Shown one piece after another: positions 35,300-48,242 of a DNA stretch of 64,000 nt. Each line of letters opens with the position of its first letter. Position 1 is the stretch's first letter. The notes below the pieces were generated by a model that ran no database searches, was not told the DNA's origin, and worked only from the letters and a program-made list of their open reading frames with translations. Source of the stretch: Octopus sinensis (taxonomy: Eukaryota); contig NC_043011.1 in assembly GCF_006345805.1 (NCBI RefSeq), positions 1,302,001-1,366,000 on the forward strand, read 5' to 3'. Position numbers and translations under genes: made by a program.

Positions 35300-35889
35300 T
35301 TTGTAATTTTCACCTTAAAAGGTATTTTTCATATGTTGGCCACTGATAAAATATTTTAATGAAATTGTATCCTTATCTTAGAAGTGTATTTATGTAGATA
35401 GAGATATATGTACATGTGCATAAATATACACACACATATTTATCAATATTTCCAGTGCCTTGTGAAGCAATTTGGTAGATGGAAACTGAAAGAGGACTCT
35501 CATATATGGTTGTGTGTGTATGTGTGTGTCTGTGCGCGCGTGTGTGTGTAAATGTTTACAAAATTCCACTGAGATATGCGTAAGGATTGTGTTGTCACCA
35601 CTTGCAGTTCACCTAAATATGGTAAGATATTCTTCACGATTGTGCTGCAACTAATATAATTAGTTGAGAATTCTTTCTAATAAAGTCATTCACTATTTCT
35701 GAACACATGGATATCTTTTCAATAAAAATCTCTTATTTGAAAAACAAACAAAGGTTAGTGACAGGAAGTTTGCCTGGCTTTAAATTGTTGCCTCAGTATT
35801 TGCTTCTGTCTAAGCCATGCTAGCAAGGAAGCCAAATGTAATAGGAAAACACATTATCATGTCAGATAGAAGATATTATGGTGATGTTA

Positions 35890-37306
35890 TCAGGAAAGTC
35901 TGAAGGTAGAAGCAATCAAGAAATGGATGAAGTGTTTGAGTCAAGAATGAGTACCTACCCACGCTTTCTAAATCGACATGAACTGGATGATCTCACCATG
36001 GACTGAGGTCTCACCAAGTCAAGAGCTGAACTTTTAGCATCCAGGTTGAAGGAATGGAGTTCATTGGGAGAGAACTGCAAATCAACAGTGTACAGGAAAT
36101 GACATGAGGAATTCGAAGTATACTTTGAAATTTTTGGAGATCTCTGTTTCTGTAAAGAAATAAATGGCTTGTTTGAAACTATTGGAATTGCTCATGGCTC
36201 AAAAGAATAGCAACTTTTCACAGACTGCTCAGCAAGAAACCTCAAATCTGTTTTACTGCACAATGGAAATCAGTATCCAACTCTGCCTATCGCATACTCT
36301 GTACAGATGAAGGAAGAATATGAAAATGCCAAAAGGTTTCTCCAGAAAATAAACTGTGGACTATAAGTGGGATGTTTATGGTGATTTTAAGGCTTGTCTT
36401 TCTGCTTGGATTGCAGGGTGAATACACAAAATATTTATGCTTTCTTTGCCTATGGGACAGAACATTACTGGAAGGTTTGGTCAAAGGGTTTGTGAAGGCC
36501 TAAGATCATGATGAAGAAACCTTTCTAAAAATTCGTTTACTCATTCCAAAGTTATCTGAGGCAAAGGTTAAAGGTAGGATTTTTACTAGAACACAAATAA
36601 GGACAGAGAAACTTGAAAAAGCAATGAGTGATGTTAAAAGAGAGGCATGGTGTGCATTTCATGGCATAATTCATGTTTTCCTTGGCAGCAACAAAGATCC
36701 CAACTACAAGCAGCTGGTGGCAAAGCTTATTGAGTTTTAAGAACTTAGTCTATGAAATGTCCTTAAAGGTACACTTTTTGCATTCACATTTTAACTTCTT
36801 TTCTGAAAAATTGGGTCACATCAGTGATAAGCATGGTGAGAAATTCTGTCAGGAATGGAGAAGAGATATCAAGGAAGTTGGACACTGTCATTATGGTAGA
36901 CTATATATGGTCGCTTGCCCATAAAGATAAAGGAGCTCACAATAGGAAAACACGATCTTTAATGCATATTTAGTGTAATCTCATTATATGTCTATTTACA
37001 TTTTTTTTGTTTAGCTTAAAGTGAGACATAAAAAACTGATTATAAAAAATATTACTTGATTGACATTATCACACAATGTGAATAAATTCAATGAAACACT
37101 ACCACAAAAAAGTAATTTTTTCTTCCACTGTAAAACCAGGATTATTTCTTAAAATATCGACAGTAGACAAAATCTAAGGGTATTTATGAAATCAGGAGAA
37201 AACAAACACCAAGATACATTGAAAAATTTAGAAAAACAAAATTGGTTTTACACATTGATATTAGTGAACTTTTTTCCACCCTCTCCAAAATTCAAAACAC
37301 AGTGCG
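35890..37306 (+). pseudogene. Decayed Chapaev3-like (CMC superfamily) transposase
   Basis: ELDDL...LTKSRAELLASRLKEW, LKSVLLHNGN, KYLCFLCLWD, PKLSEAKVKG.IF...QIR, MSLKVHFLHSH.NFF..KLG.ISD.HGE, RYQGSW. CACAGTG near 37300 may be the right end. Confidence 0.75.
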
Positions 37307-37499
37307 CATGTGTATTCATTTTCTTTTCTTTGCCATGATATGTTTAAAACTTGGAAGTAAAATATTTATATCTGAATCCTGGGGTCGATTTGCTCGACTA
37401 AAGGCGGTGCTCCAGCATGGCCGCAGCCAAATGACTGAAACAAGTGAAAGAGTATATAAATATGCTGAGCCAAATCGAAACAGGACTTGTAATGTCCTC

Positions 37500-37900
37500 T
37501 TTGAACAATTTCAGTACTCTTGAGCAGATACAGTTTTGACCCAAAAGCTTGGAAAATTAATAGGCTGAAAGGATATTTTCAGGATAATTGTTAGAGTTTG
37601 AAAGCATTTGATTGCTACAGACATAAATGATTGTTTTACTTTCTTTGGCAATATTGAAGCATGATAGAACCTTACATGTAATGCATGCATGTAATTGTGA
37701 AGATATGGGACCACATCGATTTTTAAAGATAATAACCACATATAAGTTAAACAACATATACTGCACATTACTTTTCATGGTAGTTTCTGCTGAGAGACCT
37801 CTCAGCAAAGATTAAAGCTCAAAAAGATTTTGTGGAGTTCAGTGAAAAGAGTATTGAAACAAACTTGTTAAACATTGGCTTTAAATAAAAAAAAAATTCA
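37500..37900 (+). pseudogene. hAT transposase C-terminal dimerisation-domain relic
   Basis: IYCTLLFMVVSAERPLSK resembles the TLP.T.AS.ERSFSKL motif. Confidence 0.4.
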
Positions 37901-38309
37901 CAGCCCATCTTTTATCCAATTAAATGAACAGATGTTTACATTTTGTCTTTTCTCAAAATTACATTGCTGATTGCTGAAGGCCTTTTTTCTAGAGAAAATC
38001 TAACAAAAGAAATTAGCCATAGGTATCCTGGGGTTTATGTCGTAAATTAAAATGGAAAATAAATTGTCGAATTATTGATTATTTCTTAATAAGTTTCATC
38101 ACCATAATCGTAATTTTCAAAAAATGTCTTTGTATAATTTTATTGAAAAAACATGAGGAAACGCATATGTGCAAATCTATACATGTGCAATAATCTGACA
38201 CTTTATTTTCAATGATATAATTCAATCCATAATCTCTAGGAAACCCTCAACTCTTTAAGCCATAACACTGGTGTAAAATCTTAAAATATTTCTAAAAATT
38301 GATAAAAGA

Positions 38310-38533
38310 TTTACTCTTTTACTCTTTTACTTGTTTCAGTCATTTGACTGCGGCCATGCTGGAGCATCGCCTTTAGTCGAAGAAATTGACCCCAGGACTT
38401 ATTCTTTGTAAACTTACTACTTATTCTATCGGTCTCTTTTGCCGAACTGCCAAGTTACGGGGACGTGAACACACCAGCATCGATTGTCAAGTGATGTTGG
38501 GGGACAAACACAGTCACACAAACATATACACAC

Positions 38534-38574
<41 letters not shown>

Positions 38575-38745
38575 CATATATATGACAGGCTTCTTTCAGT
38601 TTCCGTCTACCAAATCCACTCACAAGGCTTTGGTCGGCCTGAAGCTATAGAAGAAGACACTTGCCCAAGGTGCCATGCAGTGGGACTGAACCCAGAACCA
38701 TGTGGCTCATAAGCAAGCTACTTACCACACAGCCACTCCTGCGCC
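38310..38745 (-). mobile_element. Full-length SINE family B
   Basis: Reverse complement of the family B consensus. Confidence 0.9.
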
Positions 38746-38779
38746 TATATGCATATCTATCTATATCTATCTGTATGAA

Positions 38780-39000
38780 TGCATCGCCATCATCAGCATT
38801 TAATGTCCAAGTTCCATGCTGCTATGGGTTAGACAATTTGAGAGAATCCAATGCGTTGAAAGACTGCATTGCCCCCCCACCCAATGTTTACTTTGGCATG
38901 TTTTTATGGCTGGATGTCTTTCCTAATACCAACCACTTTACAGTGTATAGTTGGTGCTTTTTTTGTACCACCTGTACTACTGAGGTTGCCATGCAGTTTA
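38780..39000 (-). mobile_element. Old RTE 3'UTR copy
   Basis: CATCATCAGCATTTAATGTCC..TTCCATGCT..GGCTGGATGTCTTTCCTAATACCAACCAC. Confidence 0.65.
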
Positions 39001-39168
39001 CAGAACTACAGCCCTGAGGGAGAGGGGTAGGGTAGGTTCTTGCAGAGGGATCTGCATGGCTACTCACATCTGGTATGGAGAAGGGGGTGCGAAAAAAGAG
39101 AGAATGATTGGTAGGAGCTAAATAATCGTATGTGTGTGTGTGTATATATATATTTATATATATATATA

Positions 39169-39382
39169 TATCTGTAAAATAATATGTGACAATTATTCAA
39201 TAGCCACGATAAAACTCTGAGTTTCGGATGCCGAAGTGGAAATTCACAACACCATCTCTTTTGTTATCTGGCCATCTGAAAAACGAACCGAAGAGATGGT
39301 GTTGTGGATTTCCACTTTGGCATCAGAAACTCAGAGTTTTATCTTGGCTATTGTATAATTGTCACATATTATTTTACAGATA
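39169..39382. repeat. Long hairpin: 92-bp arms (5 mismatches), 30-nt loop, adjacent to (TA)n
   Basis: Arms 39169-39260 and 39291-39382 compared by eye. Confidence 0.9.
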
Positions 39383-39439
39383 AATTTCCTCTATTTACAT
39401 AATATTGAGGTCTCTTTCTTTCTTTTGTTATCTTACCAA

Positions 39440-39508
<69 letters not shown>

Positions 39509-40609
39509 GAAATCTACATGGTCTTTCAAACAAAATAAAAAAAGAAAACAAAGAAAAAACACACTTTCAACACTTTAGTGGCATGTATATGATGTGTGGT
39601 GAATTTATAGAAAGAAATTCCATAAAACTCATCAGTTTAGTTAAAAATGGAGAAGACAAGTTGTTAAAATATATAAGAGAATTTTAATTCATGCAAACAA
39701 TCGATTCATACAAAGATATAAAAATATTGCAAATTCATGATTGAATTGAATTAAATTAAATTAATTAAATAAATTAATCAATTATATGTCAACGTACTCT
39801 TCAGTGCAGGAAGTATAAACAAAATTTTTACAATGAACTTGAGAAAGGAAATAGCAAAAGAATAGAATCTAGGAGATTCATATTTATCCTTATGAGAAAG
39901 AGATGTGAGTCAAGTTAGACATTAACTATTATATTTCTTACTTGAATAACCTGTAAAGGTTAGCAACAGGGAGAACATTTGACTGTAAACAGTGCCTGGA
40001 TAATATATTTATCTAACCCATGCAAGCATAGCATCAATGGACATTAAATAAATAAGTGTGTATATATGCATTTATACATGTATGTATGTATGTATCTATG
40101 TATGTATGTATGTATGTACATCACTCATCTGACCCTTGAGTCCAGCTTTACTGAGGCAGGTTCTTGCACAGACACTGCATGTCAGCATCATAGGAAGACC
40201 CTTCCCATCCGGAAGTGTAACAGTGATGCCCTTCCTGACATGCCTCCTTACTTTCTCGTGTGCAACTTGAGATTTTTAGTTGCCAATTCTGTACAAGACA
40301 TTGTAGATCTTTGGCTGGGCTAAAAAGTCACATTCGATCACAGCACCAGTAACAGTTAAGCTTCGTGCAATGGCCTTACTCGATAACGAGGGGGCAGCCA
40401 TAATATATGTCTGTCTGTCTGTCTGTATGTATGTCATTATTCATTTTTATTTTTAAGAGCTCTTGCCAATAAAAAAAGACCCAGTTTCTAACCTAGATCC
40501 AAGGCTCCTTAGAATTTCAACATCAACAACAGGGTATTTTTATTTGTATGTATGTATGTATGTGTGAATATATTTGTGTGTGTGTGTGCATGTGATATAT
40601 GTGTCTGTG

Positions 40610-41165
40610 ACAAAGGACCAAGACACCTGGCACCTTGCTCTATGCAAGAAGACCTGTTCTCTGCAGCAGAAGTGCTAATGTCACTCCTCATGCTAAAGAG
40701 GATTGTCCTGTGCTGGTGCCACGTAAAAAGTACCTGTGCTGGTATCATGTAAGAATGTCTGTGCTTGTGGCACCCCTGCATCAGGAAGTGCATCCAGTCA
40801 TAGAAATGAAGCCAAATCAGAATAGAAACTGGTTTTAAGGCGGCGAGCTGGCAGAATCGTTAGCACGCCGGGTGAAATGCTTAGCAGTATTTCGTCTGCC
40901 ATTACGTTCTGAGTTCAAATTCCACCGAGGTCGACTTTGCCTTTCATCCTTTTGGGGTCGATTAAATAAGTACCAGTTATGCACTGGGGTCGATATAATC
41001 GACTTAATCCGTTTATCTGTCCTTGTTTGTCCCCTCTATGTTTAGCCCCTTGTGGGCAGTAAAGAAATAAGAATAGAAATTGGTGCTGCTTTCCAGTTTG
41101 TCAGCTCTGGTTAAACTATTCAACCCATACCAGCATGGAAGATAGATATTGAAAGATGACGATGA
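40610..41165 (+). mobile_element. Old RTE 3'UTR interrupted by a SINE A insertion
   Basis: RTE tail motifs on both sides of the SINE, ending GGAAGATAGATATTGAAAGATGACGATGAT. Confidence 0.7.
40834..41070 (+). mobile_element. Full-length SINE family A monomer with 14-bp target-site duplication
   Basis: Head AAGGCGGCGAGCTGGCAGAATCG, B box GAGTTCAAATTCC. TSD GAATAGAAA(C/T)TGGT at 40820 and 41071. Confidence 0.9.
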
Positions 41166-41642
41166 TCCCCCCCACTCTCTCTCTCTCTCTCTCACTGGGT
41201 CTATCGCAGTTTCCATCAATCAAATTCAACCCATAGAATTAGTAGAAGTCACAGTAAAATTGAACTGAGATGATGTGATTGCAAAGTGAGCTTCTTGACT
41301 ACATTGTTTAACATAATATGGCCTACATAACCTCTATGCAAAGCACAGAGATAAATGGATATTATTTGCCTTACAGTTTCAGTCAACTGGCATTGACTCT
41401 ACTGATCAGCAGATTGAAAAGAAAAGATTAATAAGGTTTCTTGTTTCTTAGAAGAAATTTCTGTGTATGTGTGACTAATTAAATGAAACTGTCGTTTGAA
41501 TAATATAGTTAATCTTTTTTATTTTAATCTTACATATAAACATATCAGTCTGCAGACACTGCTAAGACAAGATTATCCTGAGCTCTTTAAAATTTTTTTT
41601 GTTATCACAGAATAAACAGTTATGATATATACATACATATGC

Positions 41643-41805
41643 TTAGGAGTGGCTGTGTGGTAAGTAGCTTGTTTACCAACCACATGGTTCCGGGTTCAGT
41701 CCCACTGCGTGGCACCTTGGCCAAGTGTCTTCTACTATAACCTCGGGCTGACCAAAGCCTTGGGAGTGGATTTGGTAGACGGAAACTGGAAGAAGCCCGT
41801 CGTAT

Positions 41806-41861
<56 letters not shown>

Positions 41862-42330
41862 ACTTGTTTCAGTCATTTGACTGCAGCCATGCTGGAGCAC
41901 CACCTTTAATCGAGCAACTCGACCCCGGGACTTATTCTTTGTAAGCCCAGTACTTATTCTATCGGTCTCTTTTGCCGAACCACTAAGTGACGGGGACATT
42001 AATACACAGGGGGACAAACACAGACACACAAACATACACGCACACACACACATATATATATATATAACCCATGCTAGCATGGAAAGCGGACGTTAAATGA
42101 TGATGATGATGATGATGATATACTAAGTGACGGGGACATTAATACACAGGGGGACAAACACAGACACACAAACATACACGCACACACACACATATATATA
42201 TGGTTCGGCAAAAGAGACCGATAGAATAAGTACTGGGCTTACAAAGAATAAGTCCCGGGGTCGAGTTGCTCGATTAAAGGTGGTGCTCCAGCATGGCCGC
42301 AGTCAAATGACTGAAACAAGTAAAGAAAGA
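41643..42330. mobile_element. Rearranged SINE B: plus head, inverted 3' half, 55-bp RTE tip, duplicated 80-bp block, re-inverted tail
   Basis: 41982-42061 equals 42122-42201. 41862-41981 is the reverse complement of 42202-42323. Confidence 0.8.
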
Positions 42331-42344
42331 GATATATATATTCT

Positions 42345-42740
42345 ATTACTCTTTTACTTGTTTCAGTCATGTGACTGTGGCCATGCTGGAGCACCACCTT
42401 TAGTTAAGCAAATCGACCCTAGGACTTTTCTTTGTAAGCCTAGTACTTATTCTATCAGCCTCTTTTGCCGAACCACTTAATTACGGGGACGTAAACACAC
42501 CAGCGATGTTGGGGGAGTGGGTACAAACACAGACACACAAACATATACACACACATACATATATATATACATATATACAACAGCCTTCTTTCAGTTTTCG
42601 TCTACCAAATCCGCTCACAAGGCTTTGGTCGGCCTGAGGCTATAGTAGAAGACACTTGCCCAAGGTGCCATGCAGTGGGACTGAACCCGGAATTATGTTG
42701 TTTGTAAGCAAGCTACTTACTCCACGGCCACTCCTATGCC
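42345..42740 (-). mobile_element. Full-length SINE family B
   Basis: Reverse complement of the family B consensus. Confidence 0.9.
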
Positions 42741-43653
42741 TACATATACATATATATATATACACACACACACACGTGTGTGTGTGTGTGTGTGTGAGTG
42801 TATATGTGTATATACCTGTATACATATAGAGAGAATTGCAGAAAGATATCTTTTACATACAAATATTATTTACATATTTCACTGTTATTGGACACTTTTA
42901 TAAAAGGTTTTGTGTAAATGTATAAAGTAATTATGCTATTTTTATAACAAAATATTGGTATAGAGGATTTTATTAATTCAACACATAAATATTTATATAT
43001 CTTAAGCTGCCATAGAAAAACAATACAAACAGGATTCTTTTTTAGTATTATTATTCACATTTATATTTCAAAATGTCATTTTTGTCTCTCTTTCACAAAA
43101 TTTTAGTTTTTACTTTTTCAAATGCTTTATATATTAAACTACCTTGGTGGTTTTTATAGTTTCTTATATATATGTATATAAGGAAATGTTGGCATATTTT
43201 GCATCTTTATTTGTTTTCATCAAAGTTGAATTTTTATTTAAATTTATTTTCACATAAAAAAATATATAGCATGGTGTATTCTTTGATTCTTTGTTCAGTA
43301 TTGAAATTCATTTTCTTTATACTATGGCAATAATAGCAAAATGTCGAGTTATGGTTTAATATATTAAAGAATGAGTTTTATTCTCGTCTCCAATATATTT
43401 GGATAGAAATAAATGTTTTTACAAATGGTTTCTTTCTTACAGAATATATAAAGTTACTTTCATCGTACTAATCCTGAGCTTCAGGATTCTGGCCAGAAGA
43501 AAATATTCATAGATCATTCTCTTTACTTATATAGTTGTTTCTTATTAAAAAAATACACCCTCACCAAAAAGAAAAAAATTCCATGTTGGTGAAGTTGATC
43601 TCTAGTTGATGAATTCTTATGATGGTGCTTTATGGTGTGAAGGCAGTCCATTG

Positions 43654-44205
43654 AAGACTGCAAGCTGGCAGAAACGTTAGCATGCCAGGCGAAATGAGTA
43701 GCCGTATTTCATCTGCCGTTACGTTCTGAGTTCAAATTCCGCTGAGGTCGACTTTGGCTTTCATCGTTTCGGGGTCGATAAATTAAGTACCAGTTCACTG
43801 GGGTCGATGTAATCGACTTAATCCGTTTGTCTGTCCTTGTTTGTCCCCTCTGTGTTCAGCCCCTTGTGGGTAGTAAAGAAATAGGTATTTCGTCTGTCGT
43901 TACGTTCTGAGTTCAAATTCCGCTGAGGTCGACTTTGCTTTTCATCCTTTTGAGGTCGATAAATTAAGTACCAGTTACGCGCTGGGATCGATGTAATCGA
44001 CTTGATCCGTTTGTCCCCTCTGTGTTTAGCCCCTTGCGGGTAGTAAAGAAATAGGTATTTTGTCTGCCGTTACGTTCTGAGTTCAAATTCCGCTGAGGTC
44101 GACTTTGCCTTTCATCCTTTCGGGGTCGATAAATTAAATACCACTTCACTGGGGGTCCTTGTTTGTCCCCTCTGTGTTTAGCCCCTTGTGGGTAGTAAAG
44201 AAATA
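43654..44205 (+). mobile_element. SINE family A head-to-tail trimer
   Basis: One head and three bodies, with junctions AAATAGGT|ATTT at about 43886 and 44056. Confidence 0.9.
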
Positions 44206-44226
44206 TATTATCTGTTCAGCAGACAT

Positions 44227-44454
44227 TTAACCTTTTAGCAGTTGGATTATTCTGTCAAATTTAATGCTTATTTAGTCAAATTGTCTTATATTAATCATGC
44301 ATTATCTTGGGGCTTCAAGATTTTGATGAAGTGATTGTTCATTTTTAGAATAACTTTGTAGTGTAGGTGTAAGGAGATGGATCTGACTGGTTTAAACATT
44401 AAACAGGTAGAATATTTTGGCCAGTTCTGGCTGGTTTAAATGCTAAAGTGTTAA
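44227..44454. mobile_element. piggyBac-like MITE
   Basis: TTAA|CCTTTTAGCA ... TGCTAAAGTG|TTAA. Confidence 0.75.
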
Positions 44455-44614
44455 GCAATGACCTAATGACATTCCTATTTTTTTTATTGTCCTTAATTTT
44501 TAAACAGTCAGGTATAATTTCAAGGAGACTTGGTCACTAATTTTAGAAGGTTCTATGACTATGTAGAAACCCATGTATCTTGTTATTTTTAATATTGTCA
44601 AATGGAAATTGTAG

Positions 44615-44950
44615 TTAAGACACCCATGCCAGCGACACGTAAAAAGCATCGTCCAAATGTAGCAGATACTAGCGTCGACTGACTGGCATCTGTGTCAGTG
44701 ACACGTAAAAGCACCAATCCAATCATGGCCGTTTGCCAGCCTGCTCTGGCTCCTGTGCCGGTGGCACGTAAAAAACACCCACTACACTCACGGAGTGGTT
44801 GGCATTAAGAAGGGCATCCAGCTGTAGAAACACTGCCAAATCAGACTAGAGCCTGGTGCAGCCTCCATGGCTTACCAGATCCCGGTCGAACCGTCCAACC
44901 CATGCTAGCATGGAAAACGGACGTTAAACGATGATGATGATGATGATGAT
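44615..44950 (+). mobile_element. 5'-truncated RTE copy (3'UTR)
   Basis: Tandem units ending GGTGGCACGTAAAAA, then AAGGGCATCCAGCTGTAG and the (GAT)n tail. Confidence 0.9.
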
Positions 44951-45279
44951 TGTTAGTGATTATCCCCATCTCAACTGCGATTGAGTTTGTCTATTATCAA
45001 AGGCGTTCCAGTTATATCTTACTACCAAAGGTGTCGATCTATTACTAAATTAATAAGTTACAATTTGAAGGAAATTTGGCTGTTATTATTAGTGAGTTGA
45101 ATGACTATGTGAGCAGCAGTGAGTAATCTTTTTCTTGTATCAGGAGCGTATTACGAATGTATAAGAATTTGTAGTAATGTATCAGTTTTGAGAAAAATTA
45201 CAAACCTCTATTTTACAGATTTACAAAGATGTAGTTCCTATTAAATTACTGTTTGTGTTTGAAAGGTTATTCTGTTATT

Positions 45280-45533
45280 CTTTTATTTGTTTCAGTCATT
45301 TGATTGTGACCATGTTGGAGCATCGTATTCAGTTGAACAAATCAACCCCAGGACTTATGCTTTGTAATCCTACTACTTATTCTATCGATCTCTTTTGCTG
45401 AACTGCTAAGTTACTGGGACATAAACACACCAATGTCAGTTGTCAAGTGAAGGTGGTGAGGACAAACACAGACACACACATGCATCCATCCACACATACA
45501 TACATACATACACATACATACATATACACACAA

Positions 45534-45578
<45 letters not shown>

Positions 45579-45740
45579 ACAGGCTTCTTTCAATTTCCAT
45601 CTACCAAATCCACTCACAAGGCTTTGGTTGGCCCGAAGCTATAGTAGGAGACACTTGCCCAAGGTGCCATGCAGTGGCACTGAACCCAGAACCATGTGAT
45701 TGGTAAGCAAGCTACTTACCACACAGCTACTCCTATGCCT
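45280..45740 (-). mobile_element. SINE family B, older subfamily, full length
   Basis: Reverse complement of the family B consensus. Confidence 0.85.
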
Positions 45741-46342
45741 ATTAGACAATATTTGTTTCATACAGTTGTTCAAAGGTAAATGTCAGCAAAATTTTACTTG
45801 CAAGCAATGGTTCCTTCTCTCTTGGCTTTAAGACTCTCCATCACTGGCTCAGTGTCGTTGATGTAGTTGTTGTTATTATTGCTGTTGTTGTTATCAAGAC
45901 TCAGGTAAAACCTAATCATGCCAACCTATGATCAAGAGTTTTCCATCCAAAACGTTTCTTTGTTTTAAAAGTCTGCCTAGGAGTGGGCCAGGAATAGTTG
46001 GCTACTATTTCTAGCAGAATGAATGACCTGAAAAAGGACCCCTTGTTGGCTTGCTATCGTTGATATTCTAACTAGTGTCTCTCTGTTTATTGTCATGTAG
46101 TAGCCTGTTAGCATTATCTCTGTAGAATGCAGTACTGTATTTGTGTTTTGATGTGGTAAGTTTATGGTGAAACTCCTAGAAATAATGTTCATTGGACCTA
46201 ATACTGCTAAGTTCTATACAGTGTGTAGATCTATAACACCTAGGACCTTAATTATATTTTCTCTGTCTTTGTTTAATTACTTTTATTGAACTCTTTAAAT
46301 ACCAACTCATCTGAAAGTATCAATGGACCCATGCTACCAACT

Positions 46343-46367
46343 GTTCTGAAACTTCCCAAGCTTGTAT

Positions 46368-46409
<42 letters not shown>

Positions 46410-46503
46410 ATACAAGCTTGGGAAGTTTCAGAACTGTCCGACAAACGGGAACGTGAAACTCCGAGTATCAGGTTTTGTTGAATTTCTGCTGCTTTTAAAT
46501 AAA

Positions 46504-46565
<62 letters not shown>

Positions 46566-46637
46566 TTTATTTAAAAGCAGCAGAAATTCAACAAAACCTG
46601 ATACTCGGAGTTTCACGTTCCCGTTTGTCGGACAGTT
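46343..46637. repeat. Two overlapping perfect palindromes centred on (TA)n: 46343-46434 (92 bp) and 46432-46637 (206 bp)
   Basis: The arms are exact reverse complements. The ORF track shows identical ORFs on both strands here. Confidence 0.95.
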
Positions 46638-46670
46638 TTGTTAATATATATATTATATATATATATATAT

Positions 46671-46743
<73 letters not shown>

Positions 46744-46785
46744 CACACATATATATATATATATATATATACATACACACACACA

Positions 46786-46814
<29 letters not shown>

Positions 46815-46818
<4 letters not shown>

Positions 46819-47425
46819 CATCATCATCATCGTTTAGTGTCCGCTTTCCATGCTAGCATGGGTTGGACGGTTCAACTGGGGTCTGGGAAGCCAGAAGGCT
46901 GCACCAGGCCCAGTTTGATCTGGCAAGGCCAGGCGAGGCTGGCAACGGCCACGAACGGATGGTGCTTTTTACATGCCACTGGCACGAGGCCAGTCGGGGC
47001 AGCGCTGGCAATGGCCACGAACGGATGGTGGTGCCAGACGAGTCTGGCAAACGGCCACGAACGGATGGTGCTTTTTACGTGCCACCGGCACGAGGCCAGT
47101 TGGGGCGGCGCTGGCAACGGCCACATTCGGATGGTTCTCTTACGTGACACCAGCACTGGTAACTCAGCTGCAATTTCCATTGATCGATTTCGATTCTGAT
47201 TCTTACTTGCCTCAACAGGTCTTCACAAGTAGAGTTTTGTGTCCCAAGAAGGGAAGGTATGCATAAGTGGGCTGGCTACATCCCATGTAGAGGGCCACGG
47301 GTTATGGTCTCACTTGTCCTGCTGGGTCTTCTCACACACAGCATACTTCCAGAGGTCTCGGTCTCTAGTCATTTCCTCAGTGAGACCTAAAGTTCGAAGG
47401 TCGTGCTTCACTACCTTGTCCCACA
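46815..47425 (-). mobile_element. 5'-truncated young RTE copy including the ORF end
   Basis: KVVKHDLRTLGLTEEMTRDRDLWKYAVCEKTQQDK*, with a 3'UTR like that of 2711-3170. Confidence 0.9.
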
Positions 47426-48242
47426 CACATATACACACACATATATATATATATACACACATATATAAATATATATATATATATATACACATACATACAC
47501 ACACACACATGTATATATATTTAAGTGCTTATATTTTTGTATTGAAAAATGTTACAGTTATTTAACTAAACTTTTCCTAATCCTTGATTATTTGCAAAAT
47601 TAAGCGAAAAATATATGTTGTATTTTTATATGTCTGTGAAGTCTAGTTATAGTTTACTTGGCAAATGGGAAAAATGTATCTGGATATACTATTCTCTATT
47701 GTTCTGTATTGTATCAGAGTGGAGTAATATGGGTAATTAGTGACCCAAAGCATGAACCTTGGAATAACTGAGAGATGTGGCACCAATAATGAAAAGAAGT
47801 CATTAATGAAGAAGTTGCATAATTAACTAACTCAAGATGTTTGCAGCAGATATTACTTAAGAGGGTGTAACATCAGAATCATAAGATTTCAAGATAATAT
47901 TACTATAATATATAACAAAGAACTTGTGACATTTACATCAGACACACTGACATCATATATTGTTTGAAACTTGCAAATACACAAACCAAAGCCATTTACA
48001 GCTGCTGGACTTACAAATATCATGTAAGATGACACGGCAACCCTTGTTGTCAAGCATGTTAGATTGTAAAATTACTATCAACCAAGACAAAGTGCAGGAT
48101 TCTTATGTCTGTGTGACAAATGTGAAACAGATGATAAGGAGAAAAATATCAAATATTTAGAAACAGTGCTGTGCTATTCATCAATTCTCTTTAGAATATT
48201 TAGATTTTTTTTTTTTATAAATATGCCAAAGCATTCTAATAG

